A stretch of DNA of 64,000 nt. It comes from Octopus sinensis. Lineage: Eukaryota. Numbering within the stretch: position 1 is the first letter of the stretch; every line of letters begins with the position of its first letter. The stretch lies in NCBI RefSeq assembly GCF_006345805.1, contig NC_043002.1, positions 82,646,001 through 82,710,000 of the forward strand, given 5' to 3'. The notes below the pieces were generated by a model. That model did not search any database. It was not told the origin of the DNA and was given only the letters and a program-made list of their open reading frames with translations. This document shows, one piece after another, positions 53,819-64,000 of this stretch. A program made the position numbers and the translations under genes.

Positions 53819-54270
53819 CATCTGTCTATCTATCCATCTATCCATCTATCTATCTATCTGTTATTTTTCTTTGCTTTTTTAGATGAGTTTGAGGGAGGAT
53901 GTCAATGTGTGTGTGTGTGGGTATGCGTGTGTAAGAGTATGCGTGTATGAGTATGCATGTATGAGTATGCATGTAGGTGCGTGTGTGAGTATGTTGTGTA
54001 AAGAATAAATAAACTAGCTCTCGACAACACCACAACGGACGAAAGTGCCAGGTTCAAACGACACCGTTTTAACTTAATTTTATTGAGTGGGTTTTTTATT
54101 AATAGTTCCGTGTAATCCTCCATTGCGGATTATATTTTATATATGTTGATGTATGTGTGTGTGTGTTGTGTGTGTCTATCTATATATATATATATATATA
54201 GATATTTTATGTGTATGTATATATATATATATATATACTTTATTTAAAGCAGCAGAAAATTCAACAAAAC

Positions 54271-54308
54271 CTGTTACTCTGAGTTTCCCGTTGCCGTTCG
54301 TCAGACAG
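54271..54308 (-). ncRNA. Minimal type I hammerhead ribozyme
   Basis: Minus strand reads CUGU-CUGACGA-A-CG-GCAA-CG-G-GAAA-CUC-A-GA-GUA-ACAG. Stem I has 4 bp and the stem II loop is GNRA. Confidence 0.7.
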
Positions 54309-54345
54309 TTTTTTCCATCTTGTTTCACATTTATGTGTTTACTCC

Positions 54346-54420
<75 letters not shown>

Positions 54421-55478
54421 TATTTTCTTTAATTATGTCATATATACACATAAGTAAATATATATATATGAATACATTGTTGTGTGTTGTGACCCCCCTT
54501 CGGTCATGTAAGACCATGGGATTGCACCTTGAAAGTTACCCTCCGAGGAAGACCAGCAGTTGCCTATGCATACCAGCCTCCACTCTCGACGCCACCAATG
54601 TTATTCAAGGGAAAGGCAAAGGCCGATACAGCTTGGCAATAGTAACGTCGCAACTCATTTAGTAGCGTGCAAGTGGCTGAGCACTCCACAGACAAGTGTA
54701 CCCTTAAAGTAGTTCTCGGGGAGATTCAGCGTGACACAAAATGTGACAAGGCTGGCCCTTTGAAATACAGCTACAACAGGAACAGGAAGTTCTGAAGTTA
54801 TTTGTTCAACAGATACATAAGGCAGAAAATATTTTAGTGGGGAAACACACATGGTGGATTAAATAGGGAAAGAGATAAGATGGAAAAACACGGAAGATTT
54901 GTTTTACAGGATTTAAGAGTATATTAGAGCCATGATAATAATAAAGATATACAATCTTGTACAAAATAAGGTTTTGTTCTTGCAGAATAATTGAAGTAAG
55001 GACCGGTTTCGCATTGCTCATCAAACTGACAGTTGAAAGAGATAAAATGCTAGGGGGAAAAAAAGATATTGCTAGGGGAGATAATTGTTCGCTCATTTAT
55101 TTTGCAGTACAGGGGAGGTAATTCTGTAATTTTTATTTTGGATTTTTTTTTTGTTCTCTGCTTTATTCGGGCTTACATCTTCTATTAGATGGGGTAAGTC
55201 CTTTATTTCTCATATGATTTCATATCTAATTTTGGTTTATATTTTTGGATAAATGAGGCTTCTTTATTCAGTCTTACTTGTGTTGAGGTCCAGAAGGCAA
55301 GTTGATTAAATGAGAAAATCGTGGTTGTAATCGTTCTGCACATTCGTCAATGTGGTGTCTGAGGTATATTTTGCGATATTGTGGGGAGGAAGTTTGTTGT
55401 CTGTGGACCGTACATCTCTTTCGGATCGAATTTTCTGTTCTGTGCTTTTTCATCTTATCTCTTTCTCTCTCCCTCTTT

Positions 55479-55531
<53 letters not shown>

Positions 55532-55923
55532 CTAGCAGTATTGCCCGTCGTTGCTCAGGTTTGTAAGGGAAATAACTATATAAGCATTTTTAGAGAGTTA
55601 TAGCCAAAAAATAGCAAAAAAATGCATTAAAAATTGAAAAAAAATTAAGGTAAATTTTTTTTAAATCGTTGACACATCGTAGATATTTTAGAGAGTTACT
55701 TCTCCCTTATATAAAGCGAAAAAATGCATTAAAATGGAAAATATGATGGTAAATTTTTTTTAAATCGTAGACTCATCGTAGACGCACGCTAATACCCAGA
55801 AGGGCTCGATATGAATCCGACTATAAGATACCCGCTTTTGGTTAAACTGCACCGCAAAATGTGGGAGTAGTTAGGAATCTAAATCGTAGGAGACAGACAC
55901 ACAACTTCACTCTTATATAAAGA
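55532..55923 (-). mobile_element. Non-autonomous Helitron-like element, same family as 7754-8052
   Basis: Termini A|TC...CTAG|T on the minus strand; high similarity to the first copy, with an internal duplication. Confidence 0.7.
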
Positions 55924-57214
55924 TGCTTTTTTTTTCAGTCATAGAGTTAGATTTATGAAGGTCTTCAGTAGAAAATCCTTCGAATTCTGACTCGCTGCTT
56001 GATATAATGAAATTCGTATCCATTTTTTGTCAGAATTACAAATTTTGAAAACACAATAGGAACAAATTTCGGAAAAAAATCTCCCATAATTCACGGAATT
56101 AAAATTACACACTTCGATTTTTGTACAAAACTGTAGTTGAAGTGTTTACGAAGTATAATACGTGTTTTCACGAATGTACTAAAGAGATTGCTCTGATATT
56201 CTCATTTAAATATGAATAGGTAAATCGGGCGGCTTGGTACTATATATAAGTGTCGTCTGTTTATACATAAACACTGTTTCATACTGCAATTATATATACA
56301 TATATCTATATATAATATTATATAATAAAATATATACAGAGTAAAATAAAAACCAATTTACCTTTTCTGTCCGTCCGTGTGTGTTTGCAAATTGTTTTGA
56401 ATGATAAGTGAGTTGAGTTTTGGCGCCTTTTTTACTAATAACAAACACACACGTGTTTGTATGTAGTTGTATGTGTATGTAGTGTATGTAGTTGTATATG
56501 TATGTGTATGCGTGTGTGTGAGGAATGACACACACACACTCACGCACGCACACATGTACATCAATGCTTTCGGAGTGATATTTTAAAATATTGAGTTTTC
56601 TCGAATTTTGTCTTAATTGGTGGTAAAATTGAAAGAATTTTTTATGGCATCACCCACTGAAGTACTTTGAAAATTCTTAGGTAAATTCTAATTGAAGAAA
56701 TTGTGTGAGGAGTAAATGGTTATGTATTTATTTGTTTCTATTTGCTGTTTTTTTTATTTTTTTGGTAGTGGTTTAAATACTTTCAGTTTAGTCTTCCTCA
56801 ATCACTCTGTCGCTATTTACTTTCATTTTATTCGTTGCACACTGTGTGTGTGCGTTTGCGTGTGGTGTAAACCAGACTAAGAAAAGCATTTGACACACAC
56901 ACCAGAATGTGAGTTTTCTGTAAATTTTGCTTAATTGGAGTTTAAATTTTAAAAACTGGACCTGGCATGACGCGATGCATTGTACTCTTAAAAATGCTAG
57001 GTAAATTGTAATTGAAGAAATCCTATATTGTAGATTTGTATAACTCCCAAAGGGAGGCAGATAAAATCTGCCTTTTATAATAAGAGATATATGTATGTGC
57101 GTGTGTGTGCGTATATATATAATATGAATTTATCCTTTCTTTTTGTGTTCTAGCACAACGCTTCCCTATTTGGAAGCCTCTTATTGTATTTTTATATATA
57201 TATATATAATATAT

Positions 57215-57252
<38 letters not shown>

Positions 57253-57606
57253 TATATATATAATATATATATATATATATACACACATATTCCTTAGTCA
57301 TTGCACGATGATTGCTATAAGCTTTAGGCTAATATAAATACCATGCGGATAAGAAAGCCTACTTTTTTTCTGTTGAGGGCTTATATGCCCCATTATTAGA
57401 CTATTTTCCTTAGTCATTGCACGGTGATCGCTATAAGCTTTAGGCTTATTATGAATATCATTATTGTTATTTACAGGATTGTGAAACCCGGCACCGAATA
57501 CAAAACCATTCGCACCGAAAGCACATAAAAAGTTTGTGAGTGTGTGATTGTGTGTTTTATATTACACATATATATGATCTGATTATATTTTTCGTTCTTC
57601 TTGCAG

Positions 57607-57765
57607 ACTTTTTGGGAGTTGATAGGACGTGGACAAGACTTTTCATTAACAGAAGATGAAAATGCGAGAAACAAATCCACCTCACCGAAGGTCGAACTTA
57701 AATCGATATATAACGGTCAACAATGGCCTCATCACAGCCGTACTTACCCAGAATTGCCGTCTTAA
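57607..57765 (+). CDS. Candidate terminal exon (TFWELIGRGQDFSLTEDENARNKSTSPKVELKSIYNGQQWPHHSRTYPELPS*)
   Basis: Strong acceptor (TTTTTCGTTCTTCTTGCAG), phase 0, 52 open codons ending in TAA. No recognisable homology, because the C-tail is poorly conserved. Confidence 0.45.
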   Translation, partial: TFWELIGRGQDFSLTEDENARNKSTSPKVELKSIYNGQQWPHHSRTYPELPS

Positions 57766-57919
57766 GCGGCCCTCTTCACTACACTGCAACCATGGAATTT
57801 CACATTTAATAATACTAATCCACAAACACACATACATGCGCCTCTGTATATGGGTGTATGTGGGACTCATAAATATTTATCTACATTATATATTATATAT
57901 ATATATATATATAATATAT

Positions 57920-57952
<33 letters not shown>

Positions 57953-58043
57953 TATGTGTATTCTTATATAAACATAAATGTATATATTTATAAATACATT
58001 AATAATGTGCGCGTGTGTGCGTATGTATGAGAGTGTTTTTTGT

Positions 58044-58114
<71 letters not shown>

Positions 58115-58197
58115 CAGAAGTGAGATGAAGAGAAAAATTACCAGTCAGAAGTCTAGTTCATATGACCTATACAAATAATTATATATATAAATATATG

Positions 58198-58301
<104 letters not shown>

Positions 58302-58306
58302 TAGAT

Positions 58307-58343
<37 letters not shown>

Positions 58344-58389
58344 TGGATCATATATCCGAAAAAGAATAGCTCTCTAAAAAATAGACCAG

Positions 58390-58427
<38 letters not shown>

Positions 58428-58635
58428 CATACATATATATGTATGTATGCATGTAATGCAGGCATGTATGTATGTGTGTATGTACTTACACGTATATATA
58501 TGTATGTGTTGTATACTTACAGTCTACTACCAACAAAGACAACTAAGGGTTGCTGTGACCTCGATACTAAATACCCGTCCATTCTAGCCCCTATATGTTC
58601 ATATAACTAGATTCTAATAACAATGTAGCATAACC

Positions 58636-58667
<32 letters not shown>

Positions 58668-58689
58668 CTATATATCTATATATCTAATA

Positions 58690-58733
<44 letters not shown>

Positions 58734-59099
58734 ATATATATATATAATTATATATATATATATAGATATATATATATATATATATAGATAGATATTAATA
58801 TTAGAGAGAAAGGACAACAAAAACCAAGGCAGGACAAGTATCTCAAGTCATTTGCAATATTTAATTTGGGTAAAGTGAATTTGAAATCTTACAGCTCTTT
58901 CTGGGACATCTCAAGTAATGGGCTAGCATGTCCGTACACTGGGCATTCCGTTATCAGAGACAAGGTGAGAATGTGTGAAAGTCCTAGACAAGGAAATTCA
59001 CACTTTATAAGAAATAAAATAGTTGATAGAATAAAGAGTAAAGCAGTTGATAGAAAAATACAGTGAAGAGAATATGTCTGTAGTTTTCTATTGTTTTAC

Positions 59100-59155
<56 letters not shown>

Positions 59156-59359
59156 ACTATCTATCAATATATATATGTATCTATTATTGATGCATGTGTG
59201 TATGTGTGTATTGTATGTATGTGTGTATTGTATGTATGTGTGTATTGTATGTATGTATGTGTGTGTATTAGCATATGTCTATACGTATGTATAAATACAG
59301 ATATGTTCAGGTACACATAGAAACGTATAAGCAGATACAAACGTGCGTATAAAATGTGT

Positions 59360-59432
<73 letters not shown>

Positions 59433-60206
59433 TGCGTGCGTGTGTGTGTGCGTAGTGATCATGACGGTGTCAGCCACAATGGAAATTACGTATATGTGTA
59501 TGGACAGAAAGGTCAATTATTATAACCGAGATCTATAAAAAAGTATTTCCAAATAATTGTCGATCCATACTTGTAACTGGCAGTTTCAACAAAGAACTTG
59601 AGAACGTCCAACGAATGCATTATTTCCAAGAACGAGATATTTTCTGTATGTCCGTATTTCAAGAAATACATCTTGTGGGAATTTAAAAGTAGACCACAAG
59701 ACACTCAGTAACCCGCTTGACATCGGATTATTGTAACGTTGGTTATCTCCCTTGTGTTTTTCGTCTTGTCTTCTTCCTTACCAGCGTCTTTTGTTTAAAT
59801 GTCATCTGCTCAAAAGACACCTGACAAACAGTCATATTCTCATTAATTATTAATTATTATTTCGATCAGAAAACCTTGGGTAGCTGTATTTAACAAGATT
59901 TGTGGGGTTTATTATAACATTATCACTTCTCTCTCAGCTGATCGACTGTTTTTCTACCCACTGAAGCCTTACCTCATCATATATAAATATATACATAGGT
60001 ATATATGCATATATAATTCATAGATGATAACCAAATATTCTCCGTATACAATACACTTTTTAGTGCTCAAGAGGTTTAAACTTGATCAGGTAGAGTAGTA
60101 ATTATAAGGATAAGCAATTTATATGCATATGTGTGTGTGTGTGTGTGTGTGTGCGTGCGTGCGTGTTGTGTGTGTGTATGTGTGCGTGTGTGTTGTGTGT
60201 GTGTGT

Positions 60207-60237
<31 letters not shown>

Positions 60238-60884
60238 TGTGTGTGTGTGTGTGTGTGTGATAATGATGATGGCAGTCCATTCGTGACCGAGGAAGACCAT
60301 TGCTGAGCTTCAGGAACATTGTTGCTCTAGGACTAACTTATATTTTGCTTTTGCGGCTCCGTTGGTGGCTAATGAGCCCTGCTCTTGACAAGCATGCACG
60401 ACTGCAAACATTGCAAACCAACCCTTTCCCATTCATTACATCAGCAGTGCGCTTCTGAGCAGCACGTTTAAATTCTCCATGCAGAATACTTGCCCTCTCA
60501 AAAGTGTTGACCCCTCCTTAACCTACTTCCTCCATCTGTGACAGGCATTGCTCTCCCAGTCGTCTCCTGCATATCACAGGCCTTTATTACACGCACACAC
60601 ACACACAACACACACACACACACACACACATACACACACATTTAAATATTAGTAGCTCCAGTTTTCTGTAGCTATTGTAGCTGTTGATCATATAAACAAA
60701 TTTTCTGTTTGTTTCTCTGAGATTAGTCACGTGGATGGAGGTGCATCTGATGAGGAGCCAATCAGAATCGAAAATCGATTATTAAAGCTGTTTGTCATTT
60801 TTTTTTCACTCTACGAAGAAATAACTGAATTAGTCCGGTTTTTATATTTACTCTGTAGGTTACATATATACATAGAGATAAACA

Positions 60885-60945
<61 letters not shown>

Positions 60946-61203
60946 TTGCGTGCGTGCAAGTGTATGCGCAAATATAAGCACTCCATGGCACAGAAAAATA
61001 ATTCTTACATATACACACAGATACATATATAATAATATATACACACATGCATACATACACATATATATATATATGTGTGGTGTATGCATGTATGTTATGT
61101 ATGTATGTATGTATGTATATACACCATTCAAACACTAACTGTTAAGTAAGGATGATAATGGTGACGGCAGTGATGGACGCCGTAAGAGAGATTAAAATGG
61201 TGA

Positions 61204-61250
<47 letters not shown>

Positions 61251-61679
61251 TGGATGAGGAGATTTTTCTGTTGGTATTGTGATGGCAGTAGTAGCGGTTG
61301 TTTTGATGTTATTGTCAGCAGTTTCTGGGGTTGTGTCGAGTTGTGAAGCAAATCAATTTCGGTTACGTTGTCTCCATTGTTCACTTTCGTTCAACCGATT
61401 CTCGCTTCATCCCCACCCCCACCCCTGTCATATGGAAATGGGTTACATTGTGACATCTGAATGGTGTAGACAGACATCATACATATTATACATGCACATA
61501 CACACAATATGCATATATACATACGTATACGAGTATATTATATATATATATATATATACATATATAATATGAGGGAATATTATTCCAAACTTACAGGGAA
61601 AAATTCAATTTGGAATACTAAATCAAATTTCCCAAAATATAATATATATATATATATTATATATATATATATATCTATA

Positions 61680-61711
<32 letters not shown>

Positions 61712-61899
61712 TATGTATATATATAAATTAGATAAAAAAAACACCTTTTATCAATTCAATAAGGAAAAATTAAATTATACCATTAAAAAATATGTAATTT
61801 TTCTAAATGGTATAATTCAATTTTTCATTATTGAATTGATAAAAGGTGGGTTTTTTTCTAATTTATATACATACAACTAAAGATGTGTGTGTGTGTGTG

Positions 61900-61962
<63 letters not shown>

Positions 61963-62626
61963 CATATATCTTGTTAATACATTTTATCTGATTAAGAGCT
62001 TCGTGATATCTGTCGGCAACAGACCAAACATCATTCGATGGACACGAATAATGGCGTCTTCTCTGTATAAAGAGGAAGTTCTATCCACTGCCGTTTGGAA
62101 CAATCAAAGCATCATGGAAAAAAGTCAGTTATGATTGAAATAAATTTGGTCAAAAAGATGTAACTGATAAATTAATTAACATTTGGTTATCTATGTGATG
62201 GCTTAAAATCGAACTAATTGGAGCAATTGACAGAATATGTTTGAAATAAGAATAATGTATGTAATTATGATTAATAGTACTGTTGACGTTTAAAGATTTA
62301 CTTAGAAATAAGAGAAAAAATACAGGAAATAAGGAAAAAGGTTGAAGAAATATGTTAGTTGCGGCTCGAAAGTGTACAAATATAATATTTATGATTCCAA
62401 TTTGAATTCTTCCATGTTGAAGAGATGTAAAAAAAAATGAATTAAGAGCGTACGTATACTCAGCCATTTACAAGTATTCACACACAATTGCAAATTCAAG
62501 ATGGTTGTGTCCAACTCCATACAATGACATTTTCTACGTTTTTATATTTTCTGAAAATCTCGGACTAAGAATTTTAATATTATTTTAGTTGTAGAGTTTG
62601 TATGTTTTTTTTTCTTTGCTTTGTTC

Positions 62627-62942
62627 TATTTTCTTTTTATCAGCTGTGTACAGGTCACATCCTTTAGCATTTATATATGTCCTGCATAATCTTTCATTCT
62701 GAAGCATTTTCTTTCAATGGTCAGCTATAATAAGAGGGTTTCCTTGCATTCAAATTTTCAAGACTTCCGACTGAATAAACGTCATTGTAAAATCTTTCTC
62801 TAAACTGCCCTTTGTTTATGCCATTGTAAAATTTTTTGTGATATTAAGTTTCAGATTTATTGACTTAACTTCGTATAAGATAGCTTCTTCATTGAGAGGC
62901 ATATTTGGCGAGCGTGCGTTAATCTCTCTACATGGACAATCG
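62627..62942 (-). mobile_element. Penelope-like element, GIY-YIG endonuclease fragment (degenerate)
   Basis: CPCRE.., YNGINKGQFRERFYNDVYS and CDLYTADKKKI resemble the PLE pattern CNC..C / YIG.T...FK.R..NH..SF / C.LC..EK..I. Confidence 0.6.
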
Positions 62943-63521
62943 GCTTCAGTCGATAGCATTGAGTATATGGGTATATTCCAAATTGCAGAGCACAGTTTAG
63001 CCTCTGCGTAGCTGAAATTTTGCATAAAGACACATCTTTTCATGAAAAAGTCATAAAATACGTGTTTCATTTTGTTATATATTATAAACTCTGGTGACAC
63101 CAGATACTGTGCGCATGTATATATATATATATATATATTAAGGTATGTAGAAAAATACAACATGGACAAGAACGTATAACTCTTAGAAGACGATACAATA
63201 AACACGGACAGGACATTCGAAACCCTCAGTCTTCAGTCAAGAACCGGATCATCGTAGTAATTTCGATATATATATACATACATACCATACATACATACCA
63301 TACATACATACATACATACATACATACATACATACATACATACATAATACAGACAGACAGACATGCATACATACACATTATATATATATATGTGTGTGTA
63401 TGTGTGTGGGGGGTGTAATTTATTGTATCATGATTTCACATTGCGATTAAGCGAAAAAATATGATATACTGTGAGACAACGTCAAATAACATAATTTATT
63501 CAAAGCGACAGGCACTTCCTG

Positions 63522-63700
63522 GCATTAGCAGCAGACAGTGCTCCACGTTAGCAGCAAGAGCTGCTTGTCATTAGCAACAGACACTGCCCTGCATTAGCAA
63601 CAGGCACTATTCAGCATTAAAAGCAAGCACTGCTCGGTGTTAGCAACAGGCACTGTGCAGCATTTGCAACAGAAACGTGCAATGTTAGCAACAGAATACA
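63522..63700 (+). repeat. Degenerate 22-23-bp minisatellite, ~8 copies (CATTAGCAACAGGCACTGC...)
   Basis: TTAGCA(A/G)CAG recurs at ~23-bp spacing. Confidence 0.8.
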
Positions 63701-64000
63701 AACTGTCAACTTGTCTTATACTCTAATAAATTTGAATATGAGAAGGGGAAGGGGTGTTTTTGATTATTTTATCATCAAGTCTATAACTGGTATCTATTTT
63801 ATCAACCGTGAAGGGCTGAAATGCACAGTAAGCCCTCAATGAAATGCAAACTTTAAAATAGTAAAGTAGATTGATCTATTTTAACACCAGCTTCTTTGTT
63901 ACAACAATGAACAACATGTAATAATGAAAATAATACTTACCGTCCAGTCAGGGTGTACCAGGACACCTGTCATTTCTAAAACTAAAGTATAAGGTGGCTG

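Noticed and set aside
53883-53900. Strong acceptor followed by MSLRED, as a possible next exon
   Set aside because: No credible donor, and it runs into (TG)n low-complexity sequence.
57290-57446. 41-bp direct repeat (57290-57330 / 57406-57446) just upstream of the 57477 acceptor
   Set aside because: Real, with 2 mismatches, but there is no evidence of function; treated as a small local duplication.
63522-63700. CRISPR-like periodicity
   Set aside because: No unique spacers of repeat-like length, the units are degenerate, and the context is eukaryotic.

Overview
AT-rich eukaryotic genomic DNA packed with repeats. The tRNA-derived SINE families and the (TA)n/(TATG)n/(CA)n microsatellites point to an octopus/cephalopod; this is inference. 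One protein-coding gene spans the window on the + strand: a serotonin-transporter-like SLC6 gene. Seven exons are read directly with canonical splice sites, at 6206-6340, 37516-37640, 38580-38692, 44383-44511, 45278-45377, 48158-48258 and 53429-53596, plus a candidate terminal exon at 57607-57765. The N-terminal/TM1 exon was not found and is probably upstream of the window. The exons for TM3 to TM6 were also not found and may lie in the 100-N gap at 32917-33016. The introns hold several mariner/Tc1 elements and MITEs, RTE, R4/Dong and Penelope retroelement fragments, Helitron-like elements and many SINEs. The most notable signal is a set of type I hammerhead ribozyme motifs. One sits in each unit of a ~540-bp tandem array at 51221-52800 (retrozyme/Penelope pLTR-like). 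One sits in each arm of an ~890-bp near-perfect palindrome at 49367-50254. A minimal one lies at 54271-54308, and several degenerate relics are scattered elsewhere. All structures and homologies were assigned by eye; no database searches or folding programs were run.
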